A stretch of 34,468 nucleotides of DNA from Hyphochytrium catenoides (taxonomy: Eukaryota; Protista; Hyphochytriomycota), in contig FLMG01001497.1 of the NCBI GenBank assembly GCA_900088475.1, positions 1-34,468 of the forward strand, given 5' to 3'. Every line of letters starts with the position of its first letter. Positions within the stretch are counted from its first letter, which is position 1. The notes beneath the pieces are model-generated. The model saw nothing but the letters and a program-made list of their open reading frames with translations. It did no database searches and was not told where the DNA came from. The position numbers and the translations under genes were made by a program. Shown piece by piece: positions 12,777 through 28,085 of this stretch.

Positions 12777-12843
12777 AAAGAGAGAATGGAAACAGCTACT
12801 GGGCAAAGGCCTCAGCGACTCCTAATGCACAACGAGTGCGCGC

Positions 12844-13365
<522 letters not shown>

Positions 13366-13601
13366 TCAAAGACAATTTTCCTCTTCCCCTTTTCCTCGCT
13401 CTCTTCTCTCTGTGCTCTGTCACACTCTTTGTTTGATTTCCTGTTTCTCTCCCCAATCTTTCTCTCTCTCTCTCGTCACCTCGTGGTGGTTCTCTCATGC
13501 ACAGTGTTTTCTAAAGGAGGGGAAGTCAGTTCTAGCGCCTCTGTTTCCCTGTTACTTCTCTCCCCTCCTTTTTCTCTTTCTTTTCTCTTTCTCTCTCTGT
13601 C

Positions 13602-13641
<40 letters not shown>

Positions 13642-13931
13642 CCCCTTCTCAAGCTGTGGACTTGGGTGTGGGTCCCTTTCTTTTTCCTTCCATTACGGCC
13701 TTTCCATGTCTTTCTTCCTCCCACTGAATCCACTCCTGTGTTTGCTTACGTATTGTCTCTCTCTCTCTCTTCTCCATGTTCCTAGATTTTGCTCTTTTTT
13801 ACTTTTCAAGACGGAAGCTTTCTGAAAACATTTCTCGTTTGTCTTTCAACTTCCAGCCCTACCATTTTTGTTCCTTTCACTGGCTGAATTCTAAATGATT
13901 CAAAAAGAGAAACACAAGAAGACGGCCACCG

Positions 13932-14071
13932 TTTGAATTTCAAATCGAGGGGTTGGAGCCTTCTTGGAGAAGTTTTAGGGACTCAAATCCTGGGCTCTGA
14001 TTGGTGGGATTTCGTAAGTTTGGTGGATTGAGGCCCAGCTGATTGAATTTTCAAAACTGGCGCCTCGCGCC
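13932..14071. promoter_or_regulatory. Bidirectional H3/H4 promoter elements: TTTGAATTTCAAA (13932-13944), ATTGG/CCAAT (~14000), TTGAATTTTCAAA (14043-14055), TGGCGC..CGCGCC
   Basis: Same motif set as the H2A/H2B intergenic region, located centrally between the divergent genes. Confidence 0.55.
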
Positions 14072-14405
14072 TAAAATATAGTCATTACTACCCCTTTCTT
14101 TTCAATGCATTCAAGGCTATTTCTCCTAGACGTATTACTAAGGATTACTACTGTTTGAACACTAGCGTTTTCTGGTTCTTCTACCTTCGAGCAGTAGTAC
14201 TATTATGATGGCCGGTGGGTGAAATGGGGAAGAGATCGAGAGCTTGAGAGACAGAGAAACAGTAAACAAACTAGGGAGGCAGTCGAGAGAGAGTGGGAGA
14301 GGGAAAAAAGGAAAAGAGAGATTTTGAAAAAGACGGGAGAGTGAGAACAGAGAAGAGAGTGGAAGGGAGAAGGGAGAGAACAAAAAGAACGAACGGAACG
14401 AGGAA

Positions 14406-14416
14406 GAGAGAGAGAG

Positions 14417-14459
<43 letters not shown>
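14406..14459. repeat. (GA)n microsatellite upstream of H4 (others at ~3218-3250, ~13590-13640, ~24485-24585)
   Basis: Direct dinucleotide run. Confidence 0.9.
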
Positions 14460-14463
<4 letters not shown>

Positions 14464-14545
14464 ATCACCCACGAAAGGTAGCCCTCGGCCGCCGCGCTGG
14501 TCACCCCTCGCCAGACCTCATAGAACTCAATTTGCCAACCGGTAG

Positions 14546-14911
<366 letters not shown>

Positions 14912-15010
14912 GCTTCTGGCTTTTTGGCTGGACTGCTGAAGGGAGACAAGAAGCATTCTGCTGTTGGCTGTCTTCGATCATCAACTCTGGCCTCCCCTGC
15001 TCTATTCATA

Positions 15011-15029
15011 GGTGTTTATTAACACCACC
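15011..15029 (+). promoter_or_regulatory. Histone mRNA 3' stem-loop of H4 (GGTGTT TATT AACACC ACC)
   Basis: Identical stem and ACC tail, about 99 nt after the stop. Confidence 0.9.
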
Positions 15030-16092
15030 AAGCAACCAAGAAATATTGCTGCCGCCTGCGGAGAGAGAAGATGTTCCTCGCCTAGATAGAGATCATACAG
15101 ACTCTATATTTATGTTAGCTAGTGATCTCCTTTTGGAGATAATAAATCATGACTTATCAGCTTTTTCCGGCCCCAGCCCCTAAAGCTACTCGATGGCTAT
15201 TATGATAGCGCTTGCCTAGAGAGACCGCTTGGTTAAGATAATGTAGAGGCAAAGTTAGATAGATGGAAGGCTAGGGCTTGGCTATGTGCCATATGAGCAA
15301 CAAGATGTAGATGCTCTGTCAGCTGAAGCTCTTGTGCTCTCGATATCATGGCGGTCGTCTCCTTCCGTGTCCTTGAGCACCCTCGCTCTGCGTTTCTCTC
15401 TTAACTAAATCTACTAGAAGTTAGCTTTACTCTCTTTTGTCTGACACAAGCCGGAGTACTGCGTCTTCTGGACTATGGTTCTATCATCGTAGCGTCTTCT
15501 TTGATCATTGTCGATCACAAGGCTCCTCGATGCCTTCTACAGCTTGGGACTTATCTTGCTGAGTGACAGCTTTATATATATCATAATCCAAGCTGGGAGA
15601 GGCCCGATAGAACAGCCTTCGAGGACGCGATGTGAAGATGTTAGACGATAATATTTCCCTTTCTATCAGACCTCTGGAAATGGTGATGCTCAACTGCAAG
15701 GCGTGACATCTACCTTTCTTCTACCTATAAGAGGAGGAGACAGTGAATGAGTGGCCTTTCCCTCACCATATGACCGCTAAGACTGGACTAACTCGCCTTC
15801 AGAAGAATTGGGGACATGTTGGCTATTGCTAAATGGTAGGTTCTATAAAAGCATTTGACTGTGGACAGATGACCAAGTAGCTCTTGCATGAGGCGCTAGC
15901 CCTTTTCTTTACATGGATATCTTTACATTCTTATAAAAGCCAAGCCTATAAACAATACTTTAGCTCTACAATCTCTACTCTCCGTCCCCTTGTCAAGATC
16001 TACGCTGTCGTTAATATAAATCTTATTACCTCTCTCTCTCTCTTTCTCTGTCACTCTCCCCCTCCCCCACTCTCCGTCTGCTCGCTAGCCTT

Positions 16093-17615
16093 TCAGTAGA
16101 GCAGAGGAACTATAGATGGGCATCGTTTGATGATCAAGTCTCCTCTTCCTGCCCCGCCTATGAAGTAAGAAGGGTTAATATTCTTAGAGACGATCTCGGT
16201 GAAGTCTTGAGCCTTGGTCTCAACAAAGGCAGACGCGTCCGGGAACAGAAGGTGCTGCCTGGTACTGTCAATAGATGGTGCGGAAGAGGAGGAACTCAAG
16301 GAAGAGCTTGAGGAGGGTGAAGAGCTTGCTCTTTCAGGCTTCGCCTCTTCCTCCTGTCTTTGGTCTTTTCCCACTCCGTGCTCCTTCTGCATCAGTGCAT
16401 GACCCAGATGGAAGAAAGAGCTAGCAGGAATTAAACCTGCAGTGGGAGCTGAAGAAACTGAGGCAGTATGTGCGGCAGCCGAAGAAGAAGGGAGACGTCC
16501 AGCCCCTAACGGTTGTTGCCGTACTCCTTGCTTCCTTTCTCTTCTTTGCAAGATTAGACATACCGGGCATTTCCGCTCCTGCGAGCGCCTACTCTCGCAG
16601 CTTGAAGGGCCAGACGGCCTTTCAGAAGAGGAGGAAGAGGCCGCAGAGAGAGATGCACCATTGGAAGATTGCGACGATGAAGAAGACGAAGAAAATAACC
16701 AGCGCTCGACACACTCCTGGTGAAACATGTGCCCGCAAGAGAGCGTCCGCCGTTCTAAAACCAAAACCGGAGCCGAAGAGGAGCACGATGTAGAAGAGTC
16801 ACTGTACCCATCGAGGCATATGTAGCACTTTTCTTCTGTGCAATATTCTTCAGTGTCTTCATGGATTGCGCTCATTCGAGGTTTCATATCCGCTTCACTA
16901 TGTGGATTCTGCGTGTTATGCGAAGTTAGGATGATGATGGAAGGGACGAACAAACATCAACGCTCATCAACACTCTTACTCAGAATTGATCATAGACAGA
17001 AGTAGAAGCAATGATACCACTTGTGGAGACCAAAAGCACCAAAGGAAAATGTTGAAGGACTAAGTTAACACTATCACGAACCAAGGAAATCATAGTAGAT
17101 GAAAGTTGGCCCTGCTAGGCAATGAGCTCAAGAGAGCGGGGTGAGCGCCAGGGAAGGAATGGACTGTAAGGAGCCACCGTCTAATTGAAGCTTGAACGAG
17201 AGTGGTGGGGGAGGCGAAAGCGGAACATCTGAAGCATAAGCCCTACCTGGGACGTAAGCGTCAGCTGCATTCGGGTAAGAATCGGTCGCTGCATAATGGA
17301 GCCAGCTTGCTCCCACAAAATGTCCTTCAGGCCCAAAGAGACAGCGTCCACCACCTTCTCACTCCTCACAACAAGCCGATGATGACTTCGCCTAGAAGAA
17401 GAGGAAGAAGAGAGCGAGGAGGAATGCCGCCGGCGGGACTTTCTCACTCCTCCTGACACGCTGTCACGGGAGCCGGAAGAGTCTGATAAATTGAGCGCCG
17501 AAGACGAGGAAGCACTTTCTCGAAGGGAAGATGAGGAAGGCGAGGATGACTTCCGGTCTTCAGCCGTATGGCGGCTGACTGAGTGGGCGTCAAGCGTTCT
17601 CTTTGCTGCCTCCAT
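16093..17615 (-). CDS. Ser-rich RING-H2 zinc-finger protein (putative E3 ligase), 2 exons: 17615-17247, 16908-16093
   Basis: CYIC...CGHMFHQECVERWL...CPVC (C3H2C3) with Ser-rich insertions. Phase-0 intron CAG|GTAGGG...CCTAAC...ACGCAG|AAT joins the two ORF-track frames. Confidence 0.75.
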
Positions 17616-18807
17616 TGGTGCTCGTGATCTATGGCTTCTGTCCCTCTATAATTTTATGTGAGCCTTAACGGTAGGAGTCTTTGCCTACGAAGCAGACAAA
17701 GATCCCAGAGGTCTATTGTTTACTACTCAGGAGTCGTAAGAGAGAGGCTCAGCATCAGGGAGCCGTTGGCCTCCCTAGAGTGCCAACCATGATGATTAGC
17801 CTGGCCTTTTGTATAATGTCAACGGTCACCTAGTCTGTAGCTCCCCGATGTAGGCTGCGATCACTGTGAGATTAAAAGTAGAGATACACTCTCAACTGCC
17901 AACGGTCCCTTCAACTGTTGGATTCAGCGCCCCTGGCTGAGTAAAGGGGTTCTCCTGGCCACCTGGGAGCGACCGAGCGAAGAGAGACAAAACGCTTTCT
18001 ACGTTAGATTGTTAGAGTTCTGGAGTTGAAGTCCCGCGCGTGTTTCACAAATGAAGAAGCCCGAATGTATAAGGTCTGCAAATATGCGCTTAACCTGCAC
18101 AAAGGCCGAAAATCTCTGTCAGAGTCTCCAGAAGTCTCTATCTCTCCGGCTCTGAATGCGCAATATCAGAGGTCGGACTTCGGTTTCTTTCGCTTTGGGC
18201 GCCGCCTCTGCTGTTCGCCTCTCTCAAGGTCTTGGCCTCTCTGACTCTGGCTCGCGTTTGCCGTTTTCTTTGTTTGCCTTGTTTGTCGACAGTCATACAT
18301 TATTCGAGCAGTTGCTCCACTCTGTCTCGTTCGATTGGACTTTTCTTTTGCCTCCTCCTCTAGCTTGCTTCTGCTTTATGTCTTTTTATCTCGCTTCAGC
18401 TCTGTTTGTTTTCGAAACCTATCTATTACCAGAGACACCCGTCTATAATATGGTATGTCAAGCATTCTCTGTCTGCATGATAACAGTGCCTCGTCAAACC
18501 TCTGGTTCCCGCCTTATTTGAACCTACCCAACACCCAACCCTGGGAAAGGAAATTTCCCAATTCCTCTGTACGTTAGCGGCAAAAGTCCGGACAGATTCC
18601 TGAGGTATGTCTCTGATAGCAACGGTATTAGTAATAATGATTTAATGATCGGGAATAGGCGTCCATTCAAGCGGCACAAGAGGAAAGGGAGGTTGGCGCG
18701 AAGACCTCAAGCTTCAGAATGTGAATCTGATGAACTGCATTGTACCATTATTATTACCTGGAGAGAAAGAGAGAGAGATTCTTGGCATGTGAAGCTTCTT
18801 AATGTTG

Positions 18808-18880
18808 NNNNNNNNNNNNNNNNNNNNNNNNNNNNNNNNNNNNNNNNNNNNNNNNNNNNNNNNNNNNNNNNNNNNNNNNN
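18808..18880. other. Assembly gap or masked segment (N-run); others at 9714-9776 and 11172-11237
   Basis: Runs of N. Confidence 0.99.
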
Positions 18881-19942
18881 ATGCGCTCCTCTTCGGCCAA
18901 GGGCTGACTGATGTGATGAAGGTTCGCCCGCCGAAGAAGGAGGAAGTTCCTCTGGTCCTTTCTGGTGCCTTTGCTGCCATTTTTGCTAATGGTAGCTACT
19001 TCTTTTGGGAATAGACTGCGAGTGACAATTTAGTGCTCTCTCATCTACAGTATTGCTTAAGCGGTTTTTGCATGAGGTCTAGCCTATCCATGTTTCAAGT
19101 ATGTCTGCTGGCGACAATTTCCATAGCACACTTTTTCATAGACAAAGGTCTTAATCGCTCAGATAAACAACGAGCAAACCTCATCCGGATACGACCCGGT
19201 TTATTTAGCTCTGGATATCCTTTGTCAATCTCCTTAGACCAGATTGATGAAAGGAATCTGTTGAGGTAGCAGCAGCCCAACATTGAAAGGTTTGGGGAGC
19301 GCAGCTCATCGTAGTAGCAGAAGAGAAGTAGCCAACTCTTGCTCTGGAATTCTGGTCAGAACATGTAGAAAGAAGCCCAAAAGACGATGCTGGCAGTACC
19401 TCGACATCAGTCTATGCTGTACTATCGTGCAGCAAGAAGCAGACTTCCTCCTGTTGCGCCCGTGCTGCTTGGTCTGACGGCTCTACACCGTGTAGCTTTG
19501 AGTAATAAACAACAATCATCTCTGTGTAAGGAAGAAAGTGCATGTCTGCTAGGCTGGTTTTACTAAGCTCGGAGCTCTATTTTTAAACTCGGTGGATTTG
19601 ATTGTTTACTTTCGGCGTAAGAATCGCTACTAAATGTTGTAGCACAACGAGGCCATAGCATCACTATTCGCGGCTCTACTCTCTTCTAAACTGGGATAGA
19701 AGTGATAGTTTGTGACCTTTCTTGGCACAAGCTGTGGAAAAGCTTCGGAATCCCAATCTGCAGTCCCAGACAGCATCACCCTCAGAAAGCAGATATTTTT
19801 AATCTTTGCTGCCAGGAAGCCGTGCAGCGTGCAGTCGCCTGGCGATCGGCCATAGCTGTCATTCCGAGCTCTCGGAAGCCTAAAGGCGAGCTACCAACTG
19901 AAGGAAGCGTTTGTTCCGTTCCTGGAAGGAACTTGATAGACG

Positions 19943-21463
19943 ATGAGTTCATCTCAAGAAGAGCCAATGATGTTGCCACTCCCTCTTGCCTTTAACCAAG
20001 AAGTAGAAACAGCCTCTCCAGCCACTGAAGCGGTAGACGGTCAAAATATTACCCTCAGCCTCTCGAACGTGAAGTTTCCCTCCCAAGCGGTCAATAATGG
20101 CACATACCGAGTGCAAGTGAAGACGGAACATGACAAAGCTGGGAAGTCTGAGAAATCCAGTACCATTCTCTGGCTGGAATGCAAGCAATCCAAATCTCAA
20201 TGGTACAGTCCTGTCTATCCGCAGCCTCCCGCACAGCACCCTCCTCAATGTCAATCATGCCAATCCTCGATCTCTGGCCCTTGTGCTCTGTCTTTTGCAT
20301 CTTCCCTCCCTGCTTACTAGTCCTAACACTAAGCGCTCTTGAAGTTCCTTCTGCCTCTTGTTTGTGGGCTCTCTTGCTGCTGGGTTGTTATCTCATATCT
20401 CTCCTGCGGACACTGATAGGGAATGCCGAGTAGAGAACGTTAGGGATCATGCTCCTGAAGGTGTGGAGATCCCGGGGGCCGTTGTTATTGCGGCACTTCA
20501 GGTAAGAAGACCATGTTAGCCCACAGAGCCCAACCGACCACGGACTGCCTTTGGCCGTGAAAGCCCTATCTGCCATAACTCTAGACCTCATCATGTCTCC
20601 ATCTTCTCTCTTTGACTCATAAGCTCAAACTAAAGTATGATTGATACCGCAAATGAATAGGAAGCTCTGCAATGCGCGGATAGCTCTGAAGAAAAGGATG
20701 TCGGACATAAGAGCACTGGCTCTATAGAAGCTCCGAGTACCTGCCAAGTGCTGAAGGAAAGCCAAGATGCTGCCTGGCCTGGAATAGACCTACACACTGG
20801 AGCTAGCGGAGAGATCACTCTCGCTCTAACCATCAAGCTTCTTCCCTACTGGACTCCCGTCTATACCTTTCCCCTGGTACCGCCCTGGCCATAGAGAAAG
20901 TGGACATTTTGCAAGCCCATATCAGAGATCTTCAAGAGGAGAACGCGGCACTTAAAAGGCTCCTAGCAGAGCGTACTCAGGAAATTAAGGCGGAGCTGTC
21001 TAAGAAGAGAGACAAGGAAAACGGGCCAAAGTACCTCTCTCTCTCGTCTTCTAGCGCTGTCGGCAACCTTCAGAGCCTGCAATGGATAGCCAAACAGCAT
21101 AAATATGAGAGCTACTTTTCTTTGGCATCGGAGGGAACCTCCGTCACCATCCTCCGCTCCGGGCTGTACCAAGTCTACGTACGTGTTGGGCAGGCTAACT
21201 ACTCTAATGGCAACTACTTAGGGCTCTTCAAAGATGGCATCTGCATAGCTAGATGCTACCTTGCCGATGGCAATGGGTATCAGATGACTGCCAGCATAAC
21301 GGAGCTTCTAGAGCTTCCGGCTCAGACAAAGCTGGATGTCCGCTACCATGGCAACTCTACGACTGTTAGTGGGGATGGACTTGGCTCAAGTCTTCACATC
21401 TTACTTCTTCAGGAAGATGCCGAGAACGACGAGGACCAAGCAGCAGCCTTAGAAGGAAGATAA
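19943..21463 (+). pseudogene. Family copy A (head, coiled coil, C1q/TNF-like tail); exons 19943-20202, 20420-20501, 20661-21463; single +2 frameshift at ~20881-20885 (recent pseudogene or sequencing error)
   Basis: Colinear with intact copy C, including an 82-nt exon 2. GTA CCG CC CTG GCC ATA GAG breaks the conserved VPLAIE motif; otherwise open. Confidence 0.75.
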
Positions 21464-23701
21464 GCATCCTCACGAAGGTTATCATGTCTATTAAGGTGGA
21501 TCACGTCTTGGATCCGCCGCCGTCTTTGCTTCTTGTCTTCATCGCCTGTCTCTACCTACTATGAATAAGGATAATGCAGTTTCTTCCTTCATTTGATCGC
21601 AGGAACCTTGGATGACTAGAGGAAAGGGGTCTTAGAGCTTCACCGCCCCCTTCTCTCACGCCTTTCGTTTGTCGCAGATACCTTTCTCTCTTCTAGATCC
21701 CCGGGCCATGGTTGCCCTAACACCCTGCAGGGCTAATGCAGCACCTGAAGCTCGATTGATTGAGAGCTTGACTTGGTTTCACCTGCAATATCGCTAGAAA
21801 ATGACCACAAAGACGACCAACAGCAGCGAAGCCACTACTGCTGTCCAATCGTCTTTTTACTTCTTTCACTATCCCTCCCAGCGGTGTTATTAAAAGAGGT
21901 GCTACAGCAGAGAAGGACGGTGACGCTATTCCTCGAGCTCTCTCAAAAAATATAATCGAGCCTTCCATCATCAGCCGTCATACACTAGGTTCCGTTTCTT
22001 ATAAAGCTTTCATGTGACCCCAGCAGAAGAGGAGTAGGAGTAGGGACAAGAGAGGAAGGTTGAGTTGTGGCAGGCATCATAGCTTCTAAAGCTAAGGAAT
22101 GTGCTCAGGCCAAATAAGAAGAGGTACTAAGCTTGATGAGTTCTTGCCAGGACGACAGAGGTGGTACCTCAGAGAGAGAGAGACACGGAGGGGAGAGAGA
22201 GAGAGACGCGGAGAGAGAGAGAGAGAAGTTATAAAGATCGAACTCGGAGAGAGCAGAGCCGGTGCCAATCTTATGCCGCAGCTGCTCAAGTCATCACATC
22301 CAATCTTTTGGCCAAGATCATCACCTACCGACAGGGCTCCTGCTCCAGCAGCTCAGGGCCCCACTTCTTCTCTCTGCAGGAATAATAAAAAAAAATAGCG
22401 ACATTCCTTCCTTCCTGATGATAATCGCGCTTCATGAAGACAGCCTCACATCGGCAGCTGCGGCCTAATCTCCTCGTTCTTCGTTGCCATTCTTCTTCTT
22501 CGTCTTCCGCACATCAAAGTTGTACTGCCAGGGCACCACTGAGAAACGCTGGTGATTGATCCCAAAGAAATGTATGACATGCTGCCAATGAAGAAAGAAC
22601 AATAGTGGAAGAAGAAGGAGGATGTACTGCCGCTAATATGGAAATTGAAGTTCGAGAAAGAGCTGCCGGACAGAAGAGAGATAAAAAGGCAGAAAACGAA
22701 GCCTCTTTCCTCCTCCCTTTTCCTTCCTCCTCTGCCCTCCTCGCTCATCTCTCAGCCACCCTCAGCCTTCCTGCCAACATACACCTAGTGGCCTCTTCAT
22801 AGTTTGGAAGCTCCCATCTCTAGAAGTTTTTGCTGGCTTTCTGCCTCCACTAGGTGGGGTCTGAGGAGATGTGGTCAAAGGAGAAAGGCTCGTCGCGTGC
22901 GTGCGTCATCATCTTCTTGCCTCGTCTCTTGCGAGTTCTTTTTTTCCCTAGTGGCTCTCCCTTCCCTTCTTGGTTGTTCTCTTCTGGAAGATGAGACGAG
23001 CAGCAGCTGAGACGTCTTGTTGGTTGCCTGTTGTTTCTCCCATCTAGTTGAACATCTTAAGCGGTATTGTTGAAGGCTCGCTCTCCTCGTCGGTTCCCCA
23101 GGTCCGTTGTTCTTCCTGAGATCTTTCTACTCATTCTGCTGCTCCCCTCCTTTCTGCTGCCGTTGCTGCTGCTACTGCTGCCACTACTGCTGCTGCTGCC
23201 ACTACTGGGAAAAAGGGCTCACTGTCCTAGTTCCTCTATCGATTAGGGACTTGGGCACGTCTCACCAGCAGCAGACATCCTCTTCTTCTTCTCCTTCCCT
23301 CTCCTGCTTCCTGCTGTCACTTGTCATTTTCCGCTGCTGGAGGACGACGAAGAAAGCCACACGAGAGCACCAACCTCCTGCCACGATCAATCCTCGTAGC
23401 ACGTCTGCGAGATAGAGAATTAGAAGACGAAGAAGCGCTTGCTCTCCGCTCTCATCACGGGGAAGAATAAAAGGAAAACCCTTGGCAAAAGTAGAAGAGG
23501 GATCTCCCTTCTGTAGTGGTGCTTCCTCTTTCACCGAGTCCACACACCGCTCACTGCTCAGCTGCTATCCTCACCATCTTATAGCACCAGCAGGCAACGA
23601 AACCGAGAGAGGACGTCAACTGAACTAGTCGTCAGCTGTGCGGCGGCAAAAGAAAGAGTCTGCGCTTTCGTCAAAGACTGAAGATTACCTGAAGGATAAT
23701 A

Positions 23702-25535
<1,834 letters not shown>

Positions 25536-27839
25536 TAGAAGTAATCTGGAGAAGGAAAGGAGTACCTGAGAATGATGATGAGAAGACGAGTGGACAATCA
25601 AAGATGTTATCGGCAAACAACGAGTCATAAGCAGATCAGTCTCAGCTTCTTCAGGTTCATGAGAAGACTCCGTGCCACATGTTGAGACCTGACAATTGTT
25701 ATTAACAGAAGAGTAAACATGACTGACGCCTATGATCGTGCCCGCCCTCAGTTGCTCCGTTGTAGGATGACGCTAGATCTTCTGTCAGTTAAAGCCAGAA
25801 AGACATCTACCTTCCTGAGTTCTGAGACTCCTCTACTGTTAGCTGCCTGCAGCAGTATGAGTGGGACTTGTTGTCTAACAGCGAGACGACGCCAGATCCG
25901 ATCCTCCTGCTCTTCATCCTACAGTGTCGGTGCATGGTGCTTTGCCTCTTCTTTCTACCAGTCAGGAAGCTGAGTTCCTAACCCTCACCCTGCACATGTG
26001 CTCGCACTCGACGGCTTAAAAAGATTCTATGTGGACTTCCTCTGACAGCTCCTAATAACCACCTGATTGCGTGCTGCAGAGGCCAGGGATCATCAGCGGT
26101 TAGAATGTGACGTCTCCTCTTGGAGAGTACTCTCAGGACGCGGAGTCCGGACTAGCGTAGGCAATGGATGGCTCTGACGAAGGAACTCTCTCTTCCTTCT
26201 TCTCGCTTACTGCTATCTTCTTCTTTGCATGTTAGTTACAACTTCTCCCTATCTTGCATTATCAGGTAGACTGACTCTCCCAAGAAGGGAGACTCTCTCC
26301 TCCTAACCCTCTATATTCCAGCTAATGACCTTCTCTCTGAAGTAGAAGGCATTGTTACTTGCGCGCTTTCCCGCGAAGAAGTCTTGCTCTGCGTCGTGGT
26401 GCTTGTTTGTCTGGGCTGAGGCATCATGGCCAGCCGAGATACCGACAAGCCTCTTCTCACTCTCCTTCAAAGCCTGTTCCTGGTGTCCTTACTTTACAGC
26501 CTGCTTCCATGCTGAACATCGCGTCGCTTAAGAGCTTCGTCTTCCTCTACCTTCTTTGGCTCAGTTGTTGCCAGCATTGGGATAACGTCGGCTTTCTTCC
26601 GCATGAGTAGACCGACCGGACCAAAGGAGTAACTTCATCAATGAAGCAGCAGGTGATCCAGTGTACAGCGCCAGGGAGAGAAGAAACCTGTACAGTGCCT
26701 ACATCCATCCGCACACGACGCCAGAAAGGCTCCCAGGTACGGGGACTAACTGGTTCTTTGGGAAGAGGAGTCCGGGGTAAGCTTGTTACCTAGGACACAG
26801 CATTTGCAAAATGAATCAGGGGGAAGTGGCAGTGTTAAGGGTTAAGATGGCCAAGAAGGCAGACACCGAATGTCGCGGCGATGCCAGAGCATAACGGAGC
26901 CTTTAGAAGAAGGGTCACCGCTGCCACCCATGACCCATGACATGATAGCATTGGCCTGGACATCACGGTGAGCGGGAGGAATTAAGACCTTCCAAGAGCA
27001 GTCGTGAACTCCATAACGGCTGAAGCTCACTTCTTTCCACCAGGACCTTCTTCCTGTTGCCGAAGTCAAATATGGTCTTTGAGAGAACTGAGTAGTACTT
27101 CTGTCTCCGGCTAACTGCAAATGCCCTGGCGCTTTTTTGAGAGTAAGTTCTAGATAATATCACGAGTGCCTTGCGCCGCGGTGATAACCTCTACCGTGGC
27201 AGTGAACGTTCAGTGCCATGGGCTAAAGTTTGGAAGCTGCTGGAGAACGAGACCCGGCCGGTGTCCAGCAGTGTCATGATGTCTAGATGCACCAGAGTCT
27301 ATAATCCAGTGACTCCTGCTCTCGTCAAGAGTGTGGAAGTGGCTGCTGCTTTCGAACAACAAGGACCAGCTTTTGTGGAAGATGGAGATGCTGAGTACGA
27401 TGTGCCACAGGCAGCACGTGCCTCATCCACTTCCTCCGTTTGCAGACTGTTCGGAGTGCTGCTGTCTTCCATTCGTGCAGTGCTTTCGCGCACTGAGACA
27501 GTCAAGAGACGATCAGGTCAGCTGGATGATTTGACGCATTATTGTTACTCTGACGAAAGAGGGAAAGAACTCCGTACTAAGGAGAAAGAGCAGCAGCAGA
27601 AGACGATGAAGTCTGTCTTCGAATGTGGGTGTCCAAAAGTCCATCCAAGAGGACCAAAAGGCATTGAAATGGAGGGGGGAGGAGGAGAAGTTTGGCTCTT
27701 CGCCAACTGACTTCTCTATCTTCAGAGAATTTCTGTCTCTTGCGTGCCAACAAGACAGATCAGAGACAGCCATCAGGAGTGGCGAGGCCCGTCCAAACCT
27801 GGTTAAAGGCCTTTAAACACACTCTCACTCGGATCCTAG

Positions 27840-28085
27840 TTAGGCCGGCAGGCCAACAACGTTCACTGCCATTGAGTCAGACAGCGTGCCAACCCGTTCC
27901 ACCTGCGCCAGAGCGTAAGACAGCGTAGAGATCATCGCCCACCAGAAGACCATCCCAAAGCGGCAGTTCGTGAACACCATCTTCTTCACATCGAAGCCAA
28001 AGATCCTGGGATAGAGCTCTTCTTTCTGTTCCCCAGTAATAGCCAAAGATCAGGTTGCCTGTGTGCCCGGGCGGATGTCTCCTTG
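27840..28085 (-). pseudogene. Frameshifted fragment of a sterol reductase (7-dehydrocholesterol reductase / ERG4-ERG24 family)
   Basis: TGNLIFGYYWGTE / ELYPRIFGFDVK..FTNCRFGM..W...YALAQ...G.LSDSM.VN matches the DHCR7/DWF5 signature region from memory. It is split across two frames with no flanking exons evident. Confidence 0.75.

Noticed and set aside
13370-14460. GA tracts flanking histone promoters as a histone-specific GAGA signal
   Set aside because: Equivalent tracts occur in introns and flanks across the window, and orientation is inconsistent (H2A is opposite).
23150-23210. Cys-rich ORF (CCRCCCYCCHYCCCCH)
   Set aside because: Translation of a (CTG/CTA)n trinucleotide tract in the duplicated flank.
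27171-27710. 179-aa + strand ORF
   Set aside because: Non-ATG start, no recognisable motif or splice support; may be a relic but cannot be assigned.
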